DNA of 64,000 nt from Adineta vaga. Taxonomy: Eukaryota; Animalia; Rotifera. Shown here piece by piece: positions 1-11,285 of this stretch. The stretch covers positions 11,408,001 through 11,472,000 of the forward strand of contig CP075497.1 of NCBI GenBank assembly GCA_021613535.1, given 5' to 3'. The notes under the pieces are model-generated. The model did no database searches and was not told where the DNA came from. It saw only the letters and a list, made by a program, of their open reading frames with translations. The stretch's first letter is position 1; every line of letters starts with the position of its first letter. Both the position numbers and the translations under genes were made by a program.

Positions 1-110
1 TTGACAGGAAACGAGCAATTGAATAGATCACATCTGTCCTTCAAGCTTAATTATCCTACTTGAACAATTTCCAATCGATCTTTTCTATTCTTTTTCTAGA
101 TAAATACTAA

Positions 111-3100
111 ATGATGATTAAGATTTTAATTTTCTTCTCGATATTTCTATTAATCTCTTCAAATCATCATTTACATTCATTACCATCCATTGAAATCGAT
201 CCAACTAATTATCCAAATTCCGATTTAATTCTCTACAACTTTCAATCATTCAAATCTCTTCGTTGTTTATTACAAACTGAATCGAAATATTTCTATCTTG
301 ATTCATCATGTCAATTATTAACACGAACATCTTTAAAACCAATCTGTCCATTAAATTATACATTAAAATTAGAATTCGTTTTTCCACATAATACAACGAT
401 CTATCAATTCACTATTCAATTGAAATATTCCAAATCATTTGATATTAATTTAACAAATGATCAATCAACAATAACATTACCATTCTATTGTAATAATAAA
501 AATCAACATGATATTCATCGAAATCAAAAGGAATTATTTGTTGGCAATGCACATTTTCTTCTAAATAAACAATCCAATAATCAACATTGTCAATTCGAAA
601 AAAATCCATATCGTATTCGATTACGAGAAAATGAATTATACAAAAATTTCCTTCAATTAAAAGCTATTTCATCATGTTTAGCAAGTCCAAATTATCTTCT
701 TGCATCATCGAATTCCAAACGAAATTTTGAATATTTTCATTTAAATTCTTCGACAGGATTTTTAAGTTTAATTCATTCCTTAGATTATGAATCGACAACA
801 ACATGGAAATTAGTTATTCAAGGTCATGATCGTTCACATATTCCATTTTACACCTATGTTATCGTTGAAGTTGAAGATATTAATGATTGTTTACCATTAC
901 TAACATGGAATTTTCCATTACAAACAATCGAAATTCTTAATGAAACCGATTCATTTAATATTCATATTGGAATCTATGAATCTAAAGTTGAACAATCCAA
1001 TATAATCATTGCAAATCTAATCGCATCAGATCTTGATGCATTACCATTTCATTTCGAATTGAAATTTAATTCTTCACATCTATTACCTTTTCAAATTCAT
1101 GGTCCATTTGCTGATTCTACATTTGTTTTATCAACTACAACAACACTCGATCGAGAATATCAAGATAAATATCTTCTACATTTAGTTTTAACTGATAATG
1201 GTCAACCAAAATTATCTTCATTCTATCAATTAACCATTTCCATCTTAGATGATAATGATAATTCACCGAAATTCGATAAACCTATTTACTATGTTGATAT
1301 ACAAGAAAATAATTTAGTTAATACAATTTTATTACAAGTACATGCAAATGATTCCGATCAAGATGATAACGGACGAGTTACATATGAATTAAATGATTAT
1401 TTCAATAATTATATTTCAATTGATAATCAAACAGGTATTATACGAACAAAAATTCAATTTGATTATGAACAAATGAAAAATTTTACATTTAATATCACTG
1501 CTATTGATCATCCGAAGAAAGGTAAACAATTGAAAACAACAGCGATGGTTTTTGTTAATATTATTGATCAAAATGATAATATCCCGAAAGTAAGTTGAAA
1601 TGATAAGACAAGGATTTTTGATCGATCAGTATTCTTCAACAATTCGATAGATGATACTCGAGGGAATAATTGAAACTAAATTAAATAGATCGTTGTTGTT
1701 TTTTCAAGAGGCAAGAAAAGAACCTTGAGATATATATCTTTTTTTTCTAGTTCCCTCAATCAACTTATGAATTCTCCATGTATGAAAACAATCCTCCTCA
1801 TAGTTATATTGGTCAAGTTATTGCTTATGATGCTGATAATTCTCCATTAACATATTCTCTCGATAATCCATCTCCTCAAATCGCTTCGCTCTTCGAAATT
1901 TCTCCTTCTGATGGCAAAATCTTTGCTCTCAATCCTCTTGATCGTGAACAATTTAATCAATATATATTCTATGTAATCGCATTCGATGGTCAACATAGAT
2001 CATCTCGAATTAAAATTCATATAAATATTCTTGATTTAAATGATGAAATTCCTCGTTTTACATTTCCCAATGATAATAATGATACATTAATTATCGATCG
2101 ATCTTATTGGCATAGCGATGATTACATTTGTCAAATTGATATACAAGATCACGATCAAATTCCTAATCATACTCTTATGCTTGTAGACAATCTAGATCGA
2201 TTGAAAAATTATGATTATCTATCAGAACAAAAATCATCCTTTCAATTCGATTCTTCGAAATTTTATCTTGATAATCATGCAAAACTTTATTTCAATTCAA
2301 CAAATGGAAGTTCATTGAATGAAGGTGTTTATTATTTAGCATTCAAAGTAAATATTTCTTGATTATATAAGACAAAAATAAATCTTTGCAATTCTCTTTA
2401 GATTATCGATGGTGATAATTATTTTGATGAGAAATTATTGAAATTAATTGTTGTTAATAATTATGAACGTGTTCAAACAATTGTTAAACTTTATGATCAT
2501 CTTGGTTCACATTTAAATAATCGTTTTTCTTATTTACAATATCGTTCGAATACTCATCAACAACAACAGACACATCATATGTATCGATCACGTCCTTCAT
2601 CATCATCATCATCCTTAGATGAATCGAATAAATTCCTTGTTTTTATTGTTATTACTGTTCTAAGTATTATTCTTATTGGTATAACATTTATATTCATTTC
2701 ATTAATACGACGAAAATCATTACAACAAAAAGAATTATTAAAAAAGCAAGATTCATTATCCACATCTTCAGCATTACAACAACAATCTGATAGTTCAACA
2801 ATAAATCTATTCAAATCACCAAATATCAATCCAAATGATAAACGACAAAGTTTACGTGTTAGTAATTGTTATGAATACAATGATATATCATCATCACCAT
2901 CTTTACTTATGTTAAATAAAGATTCCATATTACCAACATCGATTATGAATGATAATTGTTGTTTATTAGAAAAATTAAGTGAAAAAGAAATTTATGATGA
3001 ACAAAGAAATAAAGTAAATTACTTTTAAGAAAACTCTTTTTAATCGTTTATCTGTTTTCTTTTTACTTTCAGACTTATTCATCATGGGTATTATCAACAA

Positions 3101-3795
3101 CAACTCGTCCTGAATCTCGTTATTCTCAACGTAGTGCTGATTCATCAACATTTCATTCACTCAATCGTCTATCTATTCCAACACAAATTCATTCAGCAAC
3201 AAATTTATCGCAACAATTATGTTCTCCAAAACGACATTCAACGATCACATATGAATCGACTGCAACAACTGTTACAACAAATTCAACAACTCAACCAGAC
3301 TCCACACCAACAGATTATAGTATCGCTAATGTATTATCTTCATCAACAAATAATTCTCCACACACACCAGTTAGTTCAGATGATGGTTTTTGTGGATCAT
3401 CAGACATCTCAGATCCACCGATGACAGTTGGAAGTCTGAATTTGTTAACATCACAAGCACATCAATCCTATCGTCAACCGTATACGATGATGAAAGAAGG
3501 GATTATACAGAAAAATTCACATTCACCATCATATACAACGTTATTTAATCGTTTAAATGATCCATCAACATCAACGAATAGTACCGATACGACACGACGT
3601 GTTCGATTTAATCTTGAACCTGAAGATAAACATCAACAAAGGACTATTTTACCGTTACCAACATCGAATTCTCCAGGTCGACTAGCTGATCATGCTTTAA
3701 GACGATTCGAACAACTATATATGAGTCGAGATCATGTTCTAGATAAACAATCACTAGATTCGACAATTCTATATACAAATTCGACAGTCGTCTAG
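111..3795 (+). CDS. Protocadherin (delta-like); exons 111-1589, 1751-2347, 2402-3013, 3073-3795
   Basis: Signal peptide; cadherin Ca-binding motifs (LDYE/LDRE, DINDCLP, DDNDNSPKF, DLNDEIPRF); TM helix; Ser-rich tail with SSDDGFCGSSD and RRVRF. Three phase-0 GT-AG introns join the ORFs in frame. Confidence 0.9.
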
Positions 3796-4760
3796 TCGTT
3801 TGATCTTGCAGTATTTTCGTTTCATTTTTTTAAAAGTATATATATATGTCTGTGCATAAACGCCTGCTGTCTGTTCTTCCTATTTTTTCTCTCCTGGTTT
3901 TCTATTGTGGAATGCTCAGATGTTGTGCATCTCAGTTCTTTTCTTTTTTTTGTGTTTTTTTTAAAATTTCTACTCTTTTTCTGTCTGAATAGTAACAGAA
4001 AGAGAGACTTTGAAACAAATTGAAATATTCAAAAGTATTCAGTGAAGTACAAAGGAATTATATGGACTGAAACACTTGCTTTCGATAGACCATTTCAATG
4101 TACTGCGAGAGTGTCAATTTTACATCGAGAACTTTTGGGCCGCCATCCTTACAGACAAGTGTCTATTATAGTCAGAGCCCATTACAAAAGAAACTCCAAT
4201 TATCGACAGAGTCTCATTACAAATAGACCATACGAGTTAACAAATCGTGGAATATTATCATCGTTTCTTTACTTCCAAATCATCATTCATGACATCATTA
4301 ACAATAAATTTCGTCGAAGGATTTCTTTTCGAATAAATATGTACTTACATCCATTTGTACTATATCATTAATAGTTTGAAGGTGAGTCTCTCATTCAAAA
4401 CCTTATGTTATCAATCTTAAGAGAAAACTTATACATAAAAATAACGAATGACAGTAGTCATCTATCATACAGTATTGTTTATTAACCTTCAAAACAGATT
4501 TCGCAGTTTTTCATATCTATGCACAATGTTAACCTAGAAAATAATTTTCTAATTTTTATCATAATACAACGCTTAGAAAATACAATTAAATATTAATTAA
4601 AATTTTCAAGATAAGAAGCCATTTTCATGCTTCTTTTTTCCTCCACATGCGTACTCGTCATGTATATTGGATGTTTGCTTATCATTTTTATTTCTTTTCT
4701 TCTAAACATTGTATATGTGTGACACGCAAAACGCGAGATAATTATTCAAACGACAAAAGT

Positions 4761-5300
4761 ATGATCAAAGCTATTCTTGTATTTAATACTCGTGGTCAAC
4801 CACGAATCTTACGTTTTTTTGATTCATGTTCAACTGAATTACAACAAAAATTACTTCGTGAATCTTATCAAATTGTATCAAAACGTGACATGGATGCATG
4901 TAATTTTATTGAATATCATGATTATAAATTAATCTATCGTCATTATGCAACATTGTATTTCGTATTTGCTGTTGATTCAAGTGAATCAGAATATGATATG
5001 TATGAAGTTATTCACATGTTTGTTCAATGTTTAGATCAAAATTTTGAAAATGTCTGTGAACTTGATTTCATATTTCATTCTGATAAAGTTAATCATATTT
5101 TGAATGAATTTTTCATGGGTGGTTTTATTGTTGAACGTAGTCCGGATGTAATTTTAAATGAAATTCGTGCACAAATACGTATTGAACGACAAGATTCGGG
5201 TGTTTTAACACAAATGGGATCAAAAATTAAATCTGCTGTAGATACAAAAACGGAAAAATTTAAAATGGATGTCGAGAAAAAATACGATGTGAAATTATAA
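4761..5300 (+). CDS. AP3S: AP-3 complex sigma subunit, intronless, somewhat divergent
   Basis: MIKAILVFN..G.PR, KLIYRHYATLYF and FENVCELD.IF motifs; ATG at 4761 matches the family N-terminus. Confidence 0.88.
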   Translation: MIKAILVFNTRGQPRILRFFDSCSTELQQKLLRESYQIVSKRDMDACNFIEYHDYKLIYRHYATLYFVFAVDSSESEYDMYEVIHMFVQCLDQNFENVCELDFIFHSDKVNHILNEFFMGGFIVERSPDVILNEIRAQIRIERQDSGVLTQMGSKIKSAVDTKTEKFKMDVEKKYDVKL

Positions 5301-5321
5301 TCGTAGAGAAAAGAGTTTCTT

Positions 5322-5915
5322 TTATTTTTTGTCTTTTTTTGTTTCGGAATTAGTAAATTTAATGATTATTAGAAGATAAATGATTGGAACAAGAATTATT
5401 GCAAAAACTAAAATTAAACTTAACGTTAATAGAATATAATAAGTTTGTCGATTAGGTCGAGACCAAAATACAGTACTGATATCACGTTCATCATAATAAC
5501 ATGTATAAATTTGACCGATCTATTAAGAAGAAGAAAGAAAAAGCTATCGAAAAAAAAGAAAATCAATCCAACAACTTACGTGAATTGTCGGATGATTTTC
5601 ATCGATTGGTGAATGACTAATAACTCCTAGATGAACAACACTATCTTCGTCTTCTTCATCTTCATGTTCATCATCCTCATCATCTTCATGATCAACAGTA
5701 ACATTATATCGTACGACAAAATCACGTTTACATTCACATGATAATTCATTTGTACAATTAAATGATGGAATACATATTTCGATTAGACAACGTGTTTCAA
5801 TTAATTTATTGTAATCTATAAATCGATTCTTCTGACAACTAGTTGTTAAACAATCGATGGAATTGATTTGAAGAAAAACAAAGAAAAAGATGAGAACACA
5901 AGAATTGAATAACAT
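5322..5915 (-). CDS. Unknown small membrane protein; exons 5915-5580, 5519-5322
   Basis: Hydrophobic N-terminus, Cys-rich loop with an acidic tract; a phase-0 GTAAGT..TAG intron leads to IGQIYTCYYDERDISTVFWSRP, a TM helix and a KKDKK stop. Confidence 0.7.
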
Positions 5916-6169
5916 TATCTTTTTTTTGAAATTGTTTGTCGTTTTCTTTTTTCGTTGCTTGTTATCATCATTGAAAGATTAAGAAATCTTTGTCGTTTGA
6001 TATATGTATGTAATTTCAAGAAAAATATATGACTCATTTTAGTTTATCCTATTTACAAAACTTTGATATTCCAATATATTTGAACACCACGTGAATTTCT
6101 TCGTATTCTTTGCATATGGAGAAAAATAATAACATTTCTTCTAACGGTCAAACGATTATTTTCCATCGT

Positions 6170-6178
6170 GTATAAATA
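6170..6178 (+). promoter_or_regulatory. TATA box of the H2A variant gene
   Basis: GTATAAATA about 65 nt upstream of ATG 6243. Confidence 0.45.
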
Positions 6179-6242
6179 GTCTGACTCGTGTCTACTTGGA
6201 TTTAATTATTATCTCGCAATTTGTTCGACTATAAACTAAACA

Positions 6243-7030
6243 ATGGTTACAGATTCATCGGCAAATAATAATTATACTCTTCGTTTATCAACCGATTCAA
6301 GTGAGGATCGAGATTATAACAATAATATCATTCAAACATCCGATCAGAATCCGTCGAGTAAGAAAACTAATTCAACGAACAAACGACGTACGAGTCGCTC
6401 ACAACAATCCGTTAGTTTTTCTTTCGATATGTCTGTCATAATAATTCGATTTTCATGATTTTAATAGGGCCTGGTATTTTCTGTTAGTCGTGTTGAAAAT
6501 CATTTACGTAATGGTCGATATGCACCACGTATTAGTCCAAAAGCAGCAGTTTTTTTAGCTGGTGTATTAGAATATTTAGTAAGTGAATTCATTTTGATAA
6601 GATTCATATCTTTTTTATTACATTATTTGGTCTTTAGGTTGCTGATATACTCGAATTAGCTGGTGATATGACTTTTATAGGCAAACGAAAACGTGTTACA
6701 CCTCGAGATATTACTTTAGCGATTAAGAATGATCATGAACTTGTAAGTTTAGACATATTTCTTCTAATTTTATTATATACGACTTTTGTTCAGGCGAAAT
6801 TATGTCCTAATGTAACGATTCCAGAAGGTGGTGTTCAACCGTATATTCACGAAGTAGGTTTATAATTAAAATTTTACTTTTATCTAAAATCGTTGAGTTA
6901 GGTTTTACTCAATAAAAAGCCACGTCGTCGTACTCGTCGTGTTCGATTTGATGAAACTTCTTTTTCCAATAAAAATAAATCAACAACTCCAGATTATGAT
7001 ACTGATGACAGTGATGTACAAATGGAATAA
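6243..7030 (+). CDS. Divergent histone H2A variant; exons 6243-6410, 6468-6578, 6638-6742, 6794-6853, 6902-7030
   Basis: Spliced product has the H2A fold: SRSQQSGLVFSVSRVENHLRNGRYAPRISPKAAVFLAGVLEYLVADILELAG..TPRDITLAIKNDHEL..VTIPEGGVQPYIHEVLLNKK. Extended N- and C-tails; AATAAA downstream at about 7142. Confidence 0.9.
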
Positions 7031-7230
7031 ATGATGATCTTATTTTAACCTTAATTCTGACAGATTTGTTTTTTTTGTTGATATTGTAATGTAAAGACTT
7101 TTTTTCGACTTATTTTATTTATTTATTTATTTTTTATGCCGAATAAACAAGATGATGTGTATTTAATAAAGAAATGATGATATTCACTTACGATACTTTT
7201 CCCTCCATTTTGTATAATATAGAATAGCAA

Positions 7231-7554
7231 ATGTTTATTACTATCAGACTAATATTCACTCTATTTTGGATGTATGCTTGTATATTTCATGTGTTCAGTA
7301 TGAATGAACATCGTTATCTTCACAAAGGACCGGATTACAATGCTAAATTGAACAAATTTTCTCAGGCAAAATTTACCTCTGATCAATATCGAGATTACAA
7401 AAGAAATCCGTGCATTCAAAAAACGTGTTCAATATTAAACAAATCTAATCGAATTAAGAATCCTGATGATAATATTAAATTGAAACAACGTTGTCACCGT
7501 AAAAAACAAGTATGTCAATGGAAAAATAAATATCGTAAAAAAAAGATTACATGA
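7231..7554 (+). CDS. Putative small secreted cationic protein (107 aa, 4 Cys in the mature part)
   Basis: Intronless ORF with a signal-peptide-like N-terminus and Lys/Arg-rich remainder; no recognised homology. Confidence 0.45.
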   Translation: MFITIRLIFTLFWMYACIFHVFSMNEHRYLHKGPDYNAKLNKFSQAKFTSDQYRDYKRNPCIQKTCSILNKSNRIKNPDDNIKLKQRCHRKKQVCQWKNKYRKKKIT

Positions 7555-7700
7555 GATTACATTCGTGATGTTTCGTAACGTCATTGATGAAAAACTTCTA
7601 TTTTGCATCTTTCAAAGCAGAAATAAAATGAATTAGCTAATTCAACTTTAACCTGATGTTTTTATTTTTTCTTTCTAGAAATCTTAAATAAATTTAAGAT

Positions 7701-10345
7701 TTAACCAAAAATGGTAGAAAAGACTGATTGACTGAGAGTTGGTAAAAGGGTGTTTAAATGATTGAGTACAGTTGAGGCAAGATCATCGAAGTTAATACGA
7801 CCTTGGTAAGCAGGAAAAAATTTTTGGAGAAGTTTACGAAGACTACCCAAAACTTTGCTCTTGTCAGTATTTTTGATAAGTTCCACGATTTGAGCGAGTT
7901 TGTCAACTGGTAATTGAGCTAATAATTGTTGATAATTAACATTAAGATCACGTTTACCAAATATGCTGAGAGCACCAATGAGAATGCCTGGAAGAGCATT
8001 AACGACACCATTGAGAGCTTGTTGACCGACTTGTTCCCAACTACAAAGAAAATGAGCTATTAAAAATGTTATAATTTCATTCTTGCACATACTCGATACG
8101 CATAAGACCGAGTTGTGGAACGAATTGAGTAACGAGTTGTTGAATGGTTTGAGCAATAGTGGACAAGTCCCAGTTGTTACCTGCAGCAGCAATAATTGTA
8201 GCGAAGAATTGGTTTTGTAATTGTTGTAATTTATCACCATTTAAAAATTGTGTGATTTGTGGGATAAATTGTTGAATTTGGAGTTTATTGGCCAAAGCAA
8301 CGATGTCATTGAGGTTGACACGAGCATCAACAGCTTCACGTTTACCAAATATGCTGAGAGCACCAATGAGAATGCCTGGAAGAGCATTAACGACACCATT
8401 GAGAGCTTGTTGACCGACTTGTTCCCAACTACAAAGAAAATGAGCTATAAAATATGCAATGATTCTCAAAACATACTCGATACGCATAAGACCGAGTTGT
8501 GGAGCGAATTGAATAACGAGTTGTTGAATGGTTTGTGCAATAGTAGACAAGTCCCAGTTGTTACCTGCAGCAGCAACAATTGTAGAGAAGAATTGGTTTT
8601 GTAATTGTTGTAATTTGTCACCACTCAAGAATTGTGTGATTTGTGGAATGAATTGTTGAATTTGGAATTTGTTGGCCAAAGCAATGATGTCATTGAGGTT
8701 GACACGAGCATCAACAGCTTCGCGTTTACCAAATATGCTGATAGCACCAATGAGAATGCCTGGAAGAGCACCAGCAATACCATTGAGAGCTTGTTGACCG
8801 ATTTGTTCCCAACTACAAAGAAAATGAGCTATTAAACATGCAAGGATTCTCTTACAAAACATACTCGATACGCATAAGACCGAGTTGTGGAACGAATTGA
8901 GTAACGAGTTGTTGAATGGTTTGAGCAACAGTGGCTAAATTCCAGTTGTTACCGGCAGCAGCAACAATTGTAGCGAAGAATTGGCTTTGTAATTGTTGTA
9001 ATTTGTCACCACTCAAGAATTGTGTGATTTGTGGGATGAATTGTTGAATTTGGAATTTGTTGGCCAAAGCAACGATGTCATTGAGGTTGACACGAGCATC
9101 AACAGCTTCACGTTTACCAAATATGCTGAGAGCACCAATGAGAATGCCTGGAAGAGCATTAACGACACCATTGAGAGCTTGTTGACCGACTTGTTCCCAA
9201 CTACAAAGAAAATGAGCTATAAAATATGCAATGATTCTCTTACAAAGCATACTCGATACGCATAAGACCGAGTTGTGGAACGAATTGAGTAACGAGTTGT
9301 TGAATGGTTTGAGCAATAGTGGACAAGTCCCAGTTGTTACCTGCAGCAGCAATAATTGTAGCGAAGAATTGGTTTTGTAATTGTTGTAATTTATCACCAT
9401 TTAAAAATTGTGTGATTTGTGGGATGAATTGTTGAATTTGGAATTTGTTGGCCAAAGCAATGATGTCATTGAGGTTGACACGAGCATCAACAGCTTCACG
9501 TTTACCAAATATGCTGAGAGCACCAATGAGAATGCCTGGAAGAGCACCAACGACACCATTGAGAGCTTGTTGACCGACTTGTTCCCAACTACAAAGAAAA
9601 TGAGCTATAAAATATGCAATGATTCTCTTACAAAGCATACTCGATACGCATAAGACCGAGTTGTGGAACGAATTGAGTAACGAGTTGTTGAATGGTTTGG
9701 GCAACTGTGGCTAAATTCCAGTTGTTACCTGCAGCAGCAACAATTGTAGCGAAGAATTGGCTTTGTAATTGTTGTAATTTGTCACCACTCAAGAATTGTG
9801 TGATTTGTGGGATAAATTGTTGAATTTGGAGTTTATTGGCCAAAGCAATGATGTCATTGAGGTTGACACGAGCATCAACAGCTTCACGTTTACCGACAAG
9901 ACCAAGAACAATACCAGGGAGAGCAGATGTTGCAGCACCGACAATTTGTTGAAGAATTGTATCAAAATCAAGACGACTTTGTGGTTTTGATCCAAGAAAA
10001 TGTTGAAGAATTGGTCGAAGTTTATCTTTGATTGAGTTAATATCAAGACTACCTCCAAGTTGACTTGTGATAACTTGAGTAATTTTATCCTTAAGAGCGA
10101 GTAATTCAGATGATGAGAGAATACCAGAAAGTTGTGGAAGAATTTGGTCAAGTTGACCGAGGAAACCCTAAAAGTTAAAAAAAAGTTGTGATTTATGTAT
10201 GAATTTCTGGATGTAATAATTATACTTGGAATTGAGGCAATAAAGAGATTAATGCATTCAAGTTGTTGACTTGTGGAATTACAAGTTGACCTTGTATGAA
10301 AGCAATACTGACAAAAATGAGAGCAAATCCGGCCAAGAAACGCAT
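7701..10345 (-). CDS. Secreted repetitive prepro-peptide polyprotein (776 aa); exons 10345-10226, 10167-9641, 9588-9253, 9200-8865, 8812-8477, 8428-8093, 8040-7701
   Basis: Signal peptide MRFLAGFALIFVSIAFIQG. GT-AG introns give one continuous 2331-nt frame with six G-K-R sites and a terminal FG-stop. TATA upstream. Confidence 0.85.
7950..9894. repeat. Tandem repeat, about 5 copies of a 384-388 bp unit (336-bp exon + 48-52 bp intron)
   Basis: Anchor ctacaaagaaaatgagctat occurs at 8041, 8429, 8813, 9201 and 9589. Confidence 0.95.
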
Positions 10346-10404
10346 TTTCGGAGGTGCCAAAAATATCAACTGGATATAAATTGATATGCGTAGATTTTTT
10401 TGTT

Positions 10405-10412
10405 CTTATATA
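10405..10412 (-). promoter_or_regulatory. TATA box of the polyprotein gene
   Basis: TATATAAG on the minus strand about 60 nt upstream of ATG 10345. Confidence 0.5.
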
Positions 10413-10542
10413 CGTCTTTTTTATCTAGCTTAATTTTACTTTCATAAATTAACATCAGGTTAGTTTCTCACACCTTCATGTGATGGTTTTTATTATTTGT
10501 TTCTCATGCTTCAGATTAAAAAAGATTACACGAAAATATAAT

Positions 10543-10800
10543 TTAGTGAGGTAAAAAATAGTTCCAATCGAGCCAACGTAGGCGAAGAGCCAATTCAGAA
10601 TGTGACCATTTGGGAGAATGCGTGATGTATTCATGCGCCATCAAATTTGTATGTGCCAGACCATCAAGAAATTCGATGTAAGCAAGAGCTAATCGAAGTG
10701 TATCGATTTTTGATAGACGTTTTTCATATGGAAATCGTGGTATATGTGAGCGAAGTTCAGCAAATGCTGCATTCAGATGTGATAATCGACGGTCGGTCAT
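10543..10800 (-). CDS. HLH protein of the PTF1/Fer (Fer2/HLH-13-like) family, apparently lacking the basic region
   Basis: [34 protein letters not shown] plus a C-terminal W..SEL..RL.W.W motif. Confidence 0.8.
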   Translation of the reverse strand: MTDRRLSHLNAAFAELRSHIPRFPYEKRLSKIDTLRLALAYIEFLDGLAHTNLMAHEYITHSPKWSHSELALRLRWLDWNYFLPH

Positions 10801-11285
10801 TGTTGTTCAAAGGCAGAAGGAACTGTGACTACTCAGAAGAAGAAGAAGAAGAAAAGTAATGAGTAAATGAAATAAGGAATATTACTCGCACAGCATGACA
10901 TTTTTCAATTTCATCTCACTGAATTTTACCGACATTCGTTCTCTGTTGATGACAGAAGTTAATATACTTGTCTTTTTCTGAATGCTCATCACTTTTTCAC
11001 AGTACTATCACTCACAAGTGAATATCATCTACAAGAAAAGAAAACAAGAACACATTGAAGAATTATTTGTTATCTCAAAAGAATTTCGCTCTTTTTTTGC
11101 CTTGATATAGTTTAATACAGTTTTTTTTGGCAACATTTCTTTCATCTTTTTTTCTTGTTCATTATCCGAAAGATCTGTGAATCTTTTAAATAACTCTCAA
11201 CTTTACAAATGCATTGAATTCGTTGAAGTTTTTGTAGTTTTTTCCTCATCATTCTCTTGTTAATCAAAGTTTATGGCTTTTAATA

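Noticed and set aside
4042-4371. 109-aa ORF or possible mobile-element remnant
   Set aside because: GTG start, no recognisable domain, and no terminal repeats that I could support.
7950-9990. The 388-bp array as CRISPR, satellite or transposon; plus-strand ORFs within it
   Set aside because: There are no unique spacers or TE domains. The minus-strand spliced frame explains the array, and the plus-strand ORFs are antisense shadows.
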